Of a stretch of DNA of 64,000 nucleotides, positions 25,801 to 38,000 are shown in pieces. The DNA comes from Eledone cirrhosa (taxonomy: Eukaryota). The notes under the pieces were generated by a model. That model had not been told where the DNA came from. It did not search any database and saw nothing but the letters and a program-made list of their open reading frames with translations. The DNA lies in contig OZ024743.1 in NCBI GenBank assembly GCA_964016885.1, positions 373,736,001 to 373,800,000 on the forward strand. The letters are read 5' to 3'. Every line of letters starts with the position of its first letter. The first letter of the stretch is position 1. A program made the translations under genes and the position numbers.

Positions 25801-28800
25801 GAGTTCATCTTGTAGTGGACAGTGACATTGGCTTGGGCAGGATTTCCTCTGGTAGTGGACAGTGACGTTGGCTTGGGGAGGAGTTCCTGTTGTAGTGGAC
25901 AGTGACGTTGGCTTGTGGAGGGCTTCATATTGTAGTGGACAGTGACGTTGGCTTGGGCAGGAGTTCCTCTTGTAGTGGACAGTGACGTTGGCTTGGGCAG
26001 GAGTTCTTCTTGTAGTGGACAGTGACGTTGGCTTGGGGAGGACTCCCTCTTGTAGTGGACAGTGACGTTGGCTTGGGGAGGACATCCTCTTGTAGTGGAC
26101 AGTGACGTTGGCTTGTGGAGGGCTTCATCTTGTAGTGGACAGTGACGTTGGCTTGTGGAGGGCTTTATCTTGTAGTGGACAGTTACGTTGGCTTGTGGAG
26201 GGCTTCATCTTGTAGTGGACAGTGACGTTGGCTTGTGGAGGGCTTCATCTTGTAGTGGACAGTTACGTTGGCTTGTGGAGGGCTTCATCTTGTAGTGGAC
26301 AGTGACGTTGGCTTGTGGAGGGCTTTATCTTGTAGTGGACAGTTACGTTGGCTTGTGGAGGGCTTCATCTTGTAGTGGACAGTGACGTTGGCTTGTGGAG
26401 GGCTTCATCTTGTAGTGGACAGTTACGTTGGCTTGTGGAGGGCTTCATCTTGTAGTGGACAGTGACGTTGGCTTGTGGAGGGCTTTATCTTGTAGTGGAC
26501 AGTGACGTTGGCTTGGGGCAGGAGTTCCTCTTGTAGTGGACAGTGAGGTTGGCTTGGGGAGGAGTTCCTCTTGTAGTGGACAGTGACGTTGGCTTGGGGA
26601 GGACTTCCTCTTGTAGTGGACAGTGACGTTGGCTTGTGGAGGGCTTCATCTTGTAGTGGACAGTGACGTTGGCTTGGGGCAGGAGTTCCTCTTGTAGTGG
26701 ACAGTGATGTTGGCTTGGGGAGGAGTTCATCTTGTAGTGGACTGTGACGTTGGCTTGGGAAGGACTTCCTCTTGTAGTGGACAGTGATGTTGGCTTGGGG
26801 AGGAGTTCATCTTGTAGTGGACAGTGACGTTGGCTTGGGGAGGGCTTCATCTTGTAGTGGACTGTGACGTTGGCTTGGGAAGGACTTCCTCTTGTAGTGG
26901 ACAGTGACGTTGGCTTGGGGAGGGCTTCATCTTGTAGTGGACAGTGACGTTGGCTTGTGGAGGGCTTCATCTTGTAGTGGACAGTGACGTTGGCTTGGGG
27001 AGGACTCCCTCTTGTAGTGGACAGTGACGTTGGCTTGGGGAGGACTTCCTCTTGTAGTGGACAGTGACGTTGGCTTGGGGAGGACTTCCTCTTGTAGTGG
27101 ACAGTGACGTTGGCTTGGGGAGGGCTTCATCTTGTAGTGGACAGTGACGTTGGCTTGTGGAGGGCTTAAATTTGTAGTGGACAGTGACGTTGGCTTGGGA
27201 AGGACTCCCTCTTGTAGTGGACAGTGACGTTGGCTTGGGGAGGACTTCCTCTTGTAGTGGACAGTGACGTTGGCTTGGGGAGGACTCCCTCTTGTAGTGG
27301 ACAGTGACGTTGGCTTGGGGAGGCCTTCATCTTGTAGTGGACAGTGACGTTGGCTTGGGGAGGACTTCCTCTTGTAGTGGACAGTGACGTTGGCTTGGGG
27401 GGAGTTCCTCTTGTAGTAGACAGCGACGTTGGCTTGGGGAGGACTTCCTCTTGTAGTGGACAGTGACGTTGGCTTGGGGAGGACTTCCTCTTGTAGTGGA
27501 CAGTGACGTTGGCTTGGGGAGGCCTTCATCTTGTAGTGGACAGTGACGTTGGCTTGGGGAGGATTCCCTCTTGTAGTGGACAGTGACGTTGGCTTGGGGA
27601 GGCCTTCATCTTGTAGTGGACAGTGACGTTGGCTTGGGGAGGACTTCCTCTTGTAGTGGACAGTGACGTTGGCTTGGGCAGGAGTTCATCTTGTAGTGGA
27701 CAGCGACGTTGGCTTGTGGAGGGTTTCAACTTGTAGTGGACAGTGACGTTGGCTTGGGAAGGCATTCCTCTTGTAGTGGACAGTGACGTTGGGTTGGGGA
27801 GAAGTTCATCTTGTAGTGGACAGTGACGTTGGCTTGTGGAGGGCTTCATCTTGTAGTGGACAGTGACGTTGGCTTGGGGAGGACTTCCTCTTGTAGTGGA
27901 CAGTGACGTTGGCTTTGGAAGGCATTCCTCTTGTAGTGGACAGTGACGTTGGCTTGGGGAGGACTTCCTCTTGTAGTGGACAGTGACGTTGGCTTGGGGA
28001 GGACTTCCTCATGTAGTGGACAGCGACGTTGGCTTGTGGAGGGCTTCAACTTGTAGTGAACAGTGATGTTGGCTTGGTGGAGGAGTTCCTCTTGTAGTGG
28101 ACAGTGACGTTGGCCTGGGGAGGAGTTCCTCTTGTATTGGACACTGACGTTGGCTTGGGGAGGGCTTCTCTTGTAATGGACAGTGACGTTGGCTTGGGGA
28201 GGGCTTCATATCGTAGTGGACAGTGACGTTGGCTTGGGGAGGGCTTCATCTTGTAGTGGACAGTGATGTTGGCTTGGGGAGGACTTCCTCTTGTAGAGAC
28301 AGTGACGTTGGCTTGGGGAGGAGTTCATCTTGTAGTGGACAGTGACGTTTGCTTGGGGAGGACTTCTCTTGTAATGGACAGTGACGTTGGCTTGGGGAGG
28401 GCTTCATCTTGTAGTGGACAGTGACGTTGGCTTGGGGAGGGCTTCATCTTGTAGTGGACAGTGATGTTGGCTTGGGGAGGACTTCCTCTTGTAGTAGACA
28501 GTGACGTTGGCTTGGGGAGGAGTTCATCTTGTAGTGGACAGTGACGTTGGCTTGGGGAGGGCTTCCTCTTGTAGTGGACAGTTACGTTGGCTTGTGGAAG
28601 GCTTCATCTTGTAGTGGACAGTGATGTTGGCTTGGGGAGGAATTCCTCTTGTAGTAGACAGTGACGTTGGCTTGGGGAGGAGTTCATCTTGTAGTGGACA
28701 GTGACGTTGGCTTGGGGAGGGCTTCCTCTTGTAGTGGACAGTGGCGTTGGCTTGGGGAGGACTTCCTCTTGTAGTGGACAGTGACGCTGGCTTGTGGACG

Positions 28801-31396
28801 AGTTCATCTTGTAGTGGACAGTGATGTTGGCTTGGGGAGGAGTTCATCTTGTAGTGGACAGTGACATTGGCTTGGGCAGGAGTTCCTCTGGTAGTGGACA
28901 GTGACGTTGGCTTGGGGAGGAGTTCCTGTTGTAGTGGACAGTGACGTTGGCTTGTGGAGGGCTTCATATTGTAGTGGACAGTGACGTTGGCTTGGGCAGG
29001 AGTTCCTCTTGTAGTGGACAGTGACGTTGGCTTGGGCAGGAGTTCTTCTTGTAGTGGACAGTGACGTTGGCTTGGGGAGGACTCCCTCTTGTAGTGGACA
29101 GTGACGTTGGCTTGGGGAGGACATCCTCTTGTAGTGGACAGTGACGTTGGCATGTGGAGGGCTTCATCTTGTAGTGGACAGTGACGTTGGCTTGTGGAGG
29201 GCTTTATCTTGTAGTGGACAGTTACGTTGGCTTGTGGAGGGCTTCATCTTGTAGTGGACAGTGACGTTGGCTTGTGGAGGGCTTCATCTTGTAGTGGACA
29301 GTTACGTTGGCTTGTGGAGGGCTTCATCTTGTAGTGGACAGTGACGTTGGCTTGTGGAGGGCTTTATCTTGTAGTGGACAGTTACGTTGGCTTGTGGAGG
29401 GCTTCATCTTGTAGTGGACAGTGACGTTGGCTTGTGGAGGGCTTCATCTTGTAGTGGACAGTTACGTTGGCTTGTGGAGGGCTTCATCTTGTAGTGGACA
29501 GTGACGTTGGCTTGTGGAGGGCTTTATCTTGTAGTGGACAGTGACGTTGGCTTGGGGCAGGAGTTCCTCTTGTAGTGGACAGTGAGGTTGGCTTGGGGAG
29601 GAGTTCCTCTTGTAGTGGACAGTGACGTTGGCTTGGGGAGGACTTCCTCTTGTAGTGGACAGTGACGTTGGCTTGTGGAGGGCTTCATCTTGTAGTGGAC
29701 AGTGACGTTGGCTTGGGGCAGGAGTTCCTCTTGTAGTGGACAGTGATGTTGGCTTGGGGAGGAGTTCATCTTGTAGTGGACTGTGACGTTGGCTTGGGAA
29801 GGACTTCCTCTTGTAGTGGACAGTGATGTTGGCTTGGGGAGGAGTTCATCTTGTAGTGGACAGTGACGTTGGCTTGGGGAGGGCTTCATCTTGTAGTGGA
29901 CTGTGACGTTGGCTTGGGAAGGACTTCCTCTTGTAGTGGACAGTGACGTTGGCTTGGGGAGGGCTTCATCTTGTAGTGGACAGTGACGTTGGCTTGTGGA
30001 GGGCTTCATCTTGTAGTGGACAGTGACGTTGGCTTGGGGAGGACTCCCTCTTGTAGTGGACAGTGACGTTGGCTTGGGGAGGACTTCCTCTTGTAGTGGA
30101 CAGTGACGTTGGCTTGGGGAGGACTTCCTCTTGTAGTGGACAGTGACGTTGGCTTGGGGAGGGATTCATCTTGTAGTGGACAGTGACGTTGGCTTGTGGA
30201 GGGCTTCATCTTGTAGTGGACAGTGACGTTGGCTTGTGGAGGGCTTAAATTTGTAGTGGACAGTGACGTTGGCTTGGGAAGGACTCCCTCTTGTAGTGGA
30301 CAGTGACGTTGGCTTGGGGAGGACTTCATCTTGTAGTGGACAGTGACGTTGGCTTGGGGAGGACTCCCTCTTGTAGTGGACAGTGACGTTGGCTTGGGGA
30401 GGCCTTCATCTTGTAGTGGACAGTGACGTTGGCTTGGGGAGGACTTCCTCTTGTAGTGGACAGTGACGTTGGCTTGGGGGGAGTTCCTCTTGTAGTAGAC
30501 AGCGACGTTGGCTTGGGGAGGACTTCCTCTTGTAGTGGACAGTGACGTTGGCTTGGGGAGGACTTCCTCTTGTAGTGGACAGTGACGTTGGCTTGGGGAG
30601 GCCTTCATCTTGTAGTGGACAGTGACGTTGGCTTGGGGAGGATTCCCTCTTGTAGTGGACAGTGACGTTGGCTTGGGGAGGCCTTCATCTTGTAGTGGAC
30701 AGTGACGTTGGCTTGGGGAGGACTTCCTCTTGTAGTGGACAGTGACGTTGGCTTGGGCAGGAGTTCATCTTGTAGTGGACAGCGACGTTGGCTTGTGGAG
30801 GGTTTCAACTTGTAGTGGACAGTGACGTTGGCTTGGGAAGGCATTCCTCTTGTAGTGGACAGTGACGTTGGGTTGGGGAGAAGTTCATCTTGTAGTGGAC
30901 AGTGACGTTGGCTTGTGGAGGGCTTCATCTTGTAGTGGACAGTGACGTTGGCTTGGGGAGGACTTCCTCTTGTAGTGGACAGTGACGTTGGCTTTGGAAG
31001 GCATTCCTCTTGTAGTGGACAGTGACGTTGGCTTGGGGAGGACTTCCTCTTGTAGTGGACAGTGACGTTGGCTTGGGGAGGACTTCCTCATGTAGTGGAC
31101 AGCGACGTTGGCTTGTGGAGGGCTTCAACTTGTAGTGAACAGTGATGTTGGCTTGGTGGAGGAGTTCCTCTTGTAGTGGACAGTGACGTTGGCCTGGGGA
31201 GGAGTTCCTCTTGTATTGGACACTGACGTTGGCTTGGGGAGGGCTTCTCTTGTAATGGACAGTGACGTTGGCTTGGGGAGGGCTTCATATCGTAGTGGAC
31301 AGTGACGTTGGCTTGGGGAGGGCTTCATCTTGTAGTGGACAGTGATGTTGGCTTGGGGAGGACTTCCTCTTGTAGAGACAGTGACGTTGGCTTGGG
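16817..31396 (+). repeat. 7,280-bp (182-monomer) tandem duplication, 16817-24096 and 24097-31376
   Basis: Constant ORF offset 7280 (16964>24244, 17884>25164, 21244>28524, 23808>31088). Private variants are shared (GGCATGTGG at ~21869/~29149; GGACTTCATC at 23041/30321). A chimeric monomer lies at 24091-24120. Confidence 0.93.
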
Positions 31397-32089
31397 GAGG
31401 AGTTCATCTTGTAGTGGACAGTGACGTTTGCTTGGGGAGGACTTCTCTTGTAATGGACAGTGACGTTGGCTTGGGGAGGGCTTCATCTTGTAGTGGACAG
31501 TGACGTTGGCTTGGGGAGGGCTTCATCTTGTAGTGGACAGTGATGTTGGCTTGGGGAGGACTTCCTCTTGTAGTAGACAGTGACGTTGGCTTGGGGAGGA
31601 GTTCATCTTGTAGTGGACAGTGACGTTGGCTTGGGGAGGGCTTCCTCTTGTAGTGGACAGTTACGTTGGCTTGTGGAAGGCTTCATCTTGTAGTGGACAG
31701 TGATGTTGGCTTGGGGAGGAATTCCTCTTGTAGTAGACAGTGACGTTGGCTTGGGGAGGAGTTCATCTTGTAGTGGACAGTGACGTTGGCTTGGGGAGGG
31801 CTTCCTCTTGTAGTGGACAGTGGCGTTGGCTTGGGGAGGACTTCCTCTTGTAGTGGACAGTGACGTTGGCTTGGGGAGGACTTCCTCTTGTAGTGGACAG
31901 CGACGTTGGCTTGTGGAGGGCTTCAACTTGTAGTGAACAGTGATGTTGGCTTGGTGGATGAGTTCCTCTTGTAGTGGACAGTGACGTTGGCCTGGGGAGG
32001 AGTTCCTCTTGTATTGGACACTGACGTTGGCTTGGGGAGGAGTTCATCTTGTAGTGGACAGTGACGTTGGCTTGGGGAGGGCTTCCTCT

Positions 32090-35000
32090 TGTAGTGGACA
32101 GTGACGTTGGCTTGGGGAGGGCTTCATCTTGTAGTGGACAGTGATGTTGGCTTGGGGAGGGCTTCATCTTGTAGTGGACAGTGATGTTGGCTTGGGGAGG
32201 GCTTCTCTTGTAATGGACAGTGACGTTGGCTTGGGGAGGGCTTCATCTCGTACTGGACAGTGACGTTGGCTTGGGGAGGGCTTCATCTTGTAGTGGACAG
32301 TGATGTTGGCTTGGGGAGGACTTCCTCTTGTAGAGACAGTGACGTTGGCTTGGGGAGGAGTTCATCTTGTAGTGGACAGTGACGTTTGCTTGGGGAGGAC
32401 TTCTCTTGTAATGGACAGTGACGTTGGCTTGGGGAGGGCTTCATCTTGTAGTGGACAGTGATGTTGGCTTGGGGAGGAATTCCTCTTGTAGTAGACAGTG
32501 ACGTTGGCTTGGGGAGGAGTTCATCTTGTAGTGGACAGTGACGTTGGCTTGGGGAGGGCTTCATCTTGTAGTGGACAGTGATGTTGGCTTGGGGAGGACT
32601 TCCTCTTGTAGTAGACAGTGACGTTGGCTTGGGGAGGAGTTCATCTTGTAGTGGACAGTGACGTTGGCTTGGGGAGGGCTTCCTCTTGTAGTGGACAGTG
32701 ACGTTGGCTTGTGGAGGGCTTCATCTTGTAGTGGACAGTGATGTTGGCTTGGGGAGGAATTCCTCTTGTAGTAGACAGTGACGTTGGCTTGGGGAGGAGT
32801 TCATCTTGTAGTGGACAGTGACGTTGGCTTGGGGAGGGCTTCCTCTTGTAGTGGACAGTGGCGTTGGCTTGTGGAGGGCTTTATCTTGTAGTGGACAGTG
32901 AAGTTGGCTTGGGGAGGACTTCCTCTTGTAGTGGACAGTGACGTTGGCTTGAGGAGGACTCCCTCTTTTAGTGGACAGTGATGTTGGCTTGGGGAGGACT
33001 TCCTCTTGTAGTGGACAGTGACGTCGGCTTGTGGAGGGCTTCATCTTGTAGTGGACAATGACGTTGGCTTGTGGAGGGCTTCATCTTGTAGTGGACAGTG
33101 ACGTTGGCTTGAGGAGAACTTCCTCTTGTAGTGGACAGTGACGTTTGCTTGTGGAGGGCTTCATCTTGTAGTGGACAATGACGTTGGCTTGTGGAGGGCT
33201 TCATCTTGTAGTGGATAGTGACGTTGGCTTGGAGAGGACATCCTCTTGTAGTGGACAGTGACGTTGGCTTGGGGAGGAGTTCCTCTTGTAGTGGACAGTG
33301 ACGTTGGCTTGTGGAGGGCTTCATCTTGTAGTGGACAGTGGCGTTGGCTTGGGGAGGACATCCTCTTGTAGTGGACAGTGACGTTGGCTTGGGGAGGAGT
33401 TCCTCTTGTAGTGGACAGTGACGTTGGCTTGTGGAGGGCTTCATCTTGTAGTGGACAGTGGCGTTGGCTTGGGGAGGACATTCTCTTGTAGTGGACAGTG
33501 ACGTTGGCTTGGGGAGGAGTTCCTCTTGTAGTGGACAGTGACGTTGGCTTGTGGAGGGCTTCATCTTGTAGTGGACAGTGACGTTGGCTCGGGGAGGACT
33601 TCCTCTTGTAGTGGACAGTGACGTTGGCTTGGGGAGGAGTTCATCTTGTAGTGGACAGTGACGTTGGCTTGAGGAGGGCTTAATCTTGTAGTGGACAGCG
33701 ACGTTGGCTTGGGGAGGAGTTCCTCTTGTCGTGGACAGTGACGTTGGCTTGGGGAGGACTTCCTCTTGTAGTGGACAGTGACATTGGCTTGGGGAGGAGT
33801 TCCTCTTGTAGTGGACAGTGACGTTGGCTTGTGGAGGGCTTCATCTTGTAGTGGACAGTGACGTTGGCTCGGGGAGGACTTCCTCTTGTAGTGGACAGTG
33901 ACGTTGGCTTGGGGAGGAGTTCATCTTGTAGTGGACAGTGACGTTGGCTTGAGGAGGGCTTCATCTTGTAGTGGACAGTGACGTTAACTTGGGGAGGAGT
34001 TCATCTTGTAGTGGACAATGACGTTGGCTTGGGGAGGACTTCCTCTTGTCGTGGACAGTGACGTTGGCTTGGGGAGGACTTCGTCTTGTAGTGGACAGTG
34101 ACATTGGCTTGGGGAGGACTTCCTCTTGTAGTAGACAGCGACGTTGGCTTGTGGAGGGCTTCAAATTGTAGTGGACAGTGACGTTGGCTTGGGGGGAGTT
34201 CCTCTTGTAGTGGACACTGACGTTGGCTTGGGGAGGACTTCCTCTTGTAGTGGACAGTGACGTTGGCTTGGGGAGGACTTCCTCTTGTAGTGGACAGTGA
34301 CGCTGGCTTGGGGAGGAGTTCATCTTGTAGTGGACAGTGATGTTGGCTTGTGGAGGAGTTCATCTTGTAGTGGACAGTGACGTTGGCTTTTGGAGGGCTT
34401 CATCTTGTAGTGGACAGTGACGTTGGCTTGTGGAGGGCTTCATCTTGTAGTGGACAGTGACGTTGGCTTGGGGAGGACTTCCTCTTGTAGAGGACAGTGA
34501 CGCTGGCTTGGGAAGGAGTTCCTCTTGTAGTGGACAGTGACGTTGGCTTGGGGAGGACTTCTTCTTGTAGTGGACAGTAACGTTGGCTTGGGGAGGACTT
34601 CTCTTGTAATGGACAGTGACGTTGGCTTGTGGAGGGCTTCATCTTGTAGTGGACAGTGACGTTGGCTTGTGGAGGGCTTCATCTTGTAGTGGACAGTGAC
34701 GTTGGCTTGGGGAGGGCTTCATCTTGTAGTGGACAGTGACGTTGGCTTTTGGAGGGCTTCATCTTGTAGTGGACAGTGACGTTGGCTTGTGGAGGGCTTC
34801 ATCTTGTAGTGGACAGTGACGTTGGTTTGGGGAGGACTTCCTCTTGTAGTGGACAGTGACGCTGGCTTGGGAAGGAGTTCCTCTTGTAGTGGACAGTGAC
34901 GTTGGCTTGGGGAGGACTCCCTCTTGTAGTGGACAGTGACCTTGGCTTGGGGAGGCCTTCATCTTGTAGTGGACAGTGACGTTGGCTTGTGGAGGACTTC

Positions 35001-38000
35001 ATCTTGTAGCGGACAGTGACGTTGGCTTGTGGAGGGCTTCATCTTGTAGTGGACAGTGACGTTGGCTTGGGGAGGGCTTCATCTTGTAGTGGACAGTGAT
35101 GTTGGCTTGGGGAGGGCTTCATCTTGTAGTGGACAGTGATGTTGGCTTGGGGAGGGCTTCTCTTGTAATGGACAGTGACGTTGGCTTGGGGAGGGCTTCA
35201 TCTCGTACTGGACAGTGACGTTGGCTTGGGGAGGGCTTCATCTTGTAGTGGACAGTGACGTTGGCTTGGGGAGGAGTTCATCTTGTAGTGGACAGTGACG
35301 TTTGCTTGGGGAGGACTTCTCTTGTAATGGACAGTGACGTTGGCTTGGGGAGGGCTTCATCTTGTAGTGGACAGTGACGTTGGCTTGGGGAGGGCTTCAT
35401 CTTGTAGTGGACAGTGATGTTGGCTTGGGGAGGACTTCCTCTTGTAGTAGACAGTGACGTTGGCTTGGGGAGGAGTTCATCTTGTAGTGGACAGTGACGT
35501 TGGCTTGGGGAGGGCTTCCTCTTGTAGTGGACAGTGACGTTGGCTTGTGGAGGGCTTCATCTTGTAGTGGACAGTGATGTTGGCTTGGGGAGGAATTCCT
35601 CTTGTAGTAGACAGTGACGTTGGCTTGGGGAGGAGTTCATCTTGTAGTGGACAGTGACGTTGGCTTGGGGAGGGCTTCCTCTTGTAGTGGACAGTGGCGT
35701 TGGCTTGTGGAGGGCTTTATCTTGTAGTGGACAGTGAAGTTGGCTTGGGGAGGACTTCCTCTTGTAGTGGACAGTGACGTTGGCTTGAGGAGGACTCCCT
35801 CTTTTAGTGGACAGTGATGTTGGCTTGGGGAGGACTTCCTCTTGTAGTGGACAGTGACGTCGGCTTGTGGAGGGCTTCATCTTGTAGTGGACAATGACGT
35901 TGGCTTGTGGAGGGCTTCATCTTGTAGTGGACAGTGACGTTGGCTTGAGGAGAACTTCCTCTTGTAGTGGACAGTGACGTTTGCTTGTGGAGGGCTTCAT
36001 CTTGTAGTGGACAATGACGTTGGCTTGTGGAGGGCTTCATCTTGTAGTGGATAGTGACGTTGGCTTGGAGAGGACATCCTCTTGTAGTGGACAGTGACGT
36101 TTGCTTGTGGAGGGCTTCATCTTGTAGTGGACAATGACGTTGGCTTGTGGAGGGCTTCATCTTGTAGTGGATAGTGACGTTGGCTTGGAGAGGACATCCT
36201 CTTGTAGTGGACAGTGACGTTGGCTTGGGGAGGAGTTCCTCTTGTAGTGGACAGTGACGTTGGCTTGTGGAGGGCTTCATCTTGTAGTGGACAGTGGCGT
36301 TGGCTTGGGGAGGACATCCTCTTGTAGTGGACAGTGACGTTGGCTTGGGGAGGAGTTCCTCTTGTAGTGGACAGTGACGTTGGCTTGTGGAGGGCTTCAT
36401 CTTGTAGTGGACAGTGGCGTTGGCTTGGGGAGGACATTCTCTTGTAGTGGACAGTGACGTTGGCTTGGGGAGGAGTTCCTCTTGTAGTGGACAGTGACGT
36501 TGGCTTGTGGAGGGCTTCATCTTGTAGTGGACAGTGACGTTGGCTCGGGGAGGACTTCCTCTTGTAGTGGACAGTGACGTTGGCTTGGGGAGGAGTTCAT
36601 CTTGTAGTGGACAGTGACGTTGGCTTGAGGAGGGCTTAATCTTGTAGTGGACAGCGACGTTGGCTTGGGGAGGAGTTCCTCTTGTCGTGGACAGTGACGT
36701 TGGCTTGGGGAGGACTTCCTCTTGTAGTGGACAGTGACATTGGCTTGGGGAGGAGTTCCTCTTGTAGTGGACAGTGACGTTGGCTTGTGGAGGGCTTCAT
36801 CTTGTAGTGGACAGTGACGTTGGCTCGGGGAGGACTTCCTCTTGTAGTGGACAGTGACGTTGGCTTGGGGAGGAGTTCATCTTGTAGTGGACAGTGACGT
36901 TGGCTTGAGGAGGGCTTCATCTTGTAGTGGACAGTGACGTTAACTTGGGGAGGAGTTCATCTTGTAGTGGACAATGACGTTGGCTTGGGGAGGACTTCCT
37001 CTTGTCGTGGACAGTGACGTTGGCTTGGGGAGGACTTCGTCTTGTAGTGGACAGTGACATTGGCTTGGGGAGGACTTCCTCTTGTAGTAGACAGCGACGT
37101 TGGCTTGTGGAGGGCTTCAAATTGTAGTGGACAGTGACGTTGGCTTGGGGGGAGTTCCTCTTGTAGTGGACACTGACGTTGGCTTGGGGAGGACTTCCTC
37201 TTGTAGTGGACAGTGACGTTGGCTTGGGGAGGACTTCCTCTTGTAGTGGACAGTGACGCTGGCTTGGGGAGGAGTTCATCTTGTAGTGGACAGTGATGTT
37301 GGCTTGTGGAGGAGTTCATCTTGTAGTGGACAGTGACGTTGGCTTTTGGAGGGCTTCATCTTGTAGTGGACAGTGACGTTGGCTTGTGGAGGGCTTCATC
37401 TTGTAGTGGACAGTGACGTTGGCTTGGGGAGGACTTCCTCTTGTAGAGGACAGTGACGCTGGCTTGGGAAGGAGTTCCTCTTGTAGTGGACAGTGACGTT
37501 GGCTTGGGGAGGACTTCTTCTTGTAGTGGACAGTAACGTTGGCTTGGGGAGGACTTCTCTTGTAATGGACAGTGACGTTGGCTTGTGGAGGGCTTCATCT
37601 TGTAGTGGACAGTGACGTTGGCTTGTGGAGGGCTTCATCTTGTAGTGGACAGTGACGTTGGCTTGGGGAGGGCTTCATCTTGTAGTGGACAGTGACGTTG
37701 GCTTTTGGAGGGCTTCATCTTGTAGTGGACAGTGACGTTGGCTTGTGGAGGGCTTCATCTTGTAGTGGACAGTGACGTTGGTTTGGGGAGGACTTCCTCT
37801 TGTAGTGGACAGTGACGCTGGCTTGGGAAGGAGTTCCTCTTGTAGTGGACAGTGACGTTGGCTTGGGGAGGACTCCCTCTTGTAGTGGACAGTGACCTTG
37901 GCTTGGGGAGGCCTTCATCTTGTAGTGGACAGTGACGTTGGCTTGTGGAGGACTTCATCTTGTAGCGGACAGTGACGTTGGCTTGTGGAGGGCTTCATCT

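Larger units (their letters stand above)
1..32185 (+). repeat. ~12.6-kb higher-order duplication: copy 1 = 1-12597, copy 2 starts at 12598 and (expanded by the 7,280-bp duplication) ends near 32185
   Basis: Rare variants recur in order: GGCATG ~115/~12712, GACCCTGTCG ~661/~13258, GTCCTGGACC ~1974/~14571. ORF offsets are 12597 (648>13245), 12557 (4167>16724), 12517 (7729>20246) and 19837 = 12557+7280 (11766>31603). Confidence 0.93.
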
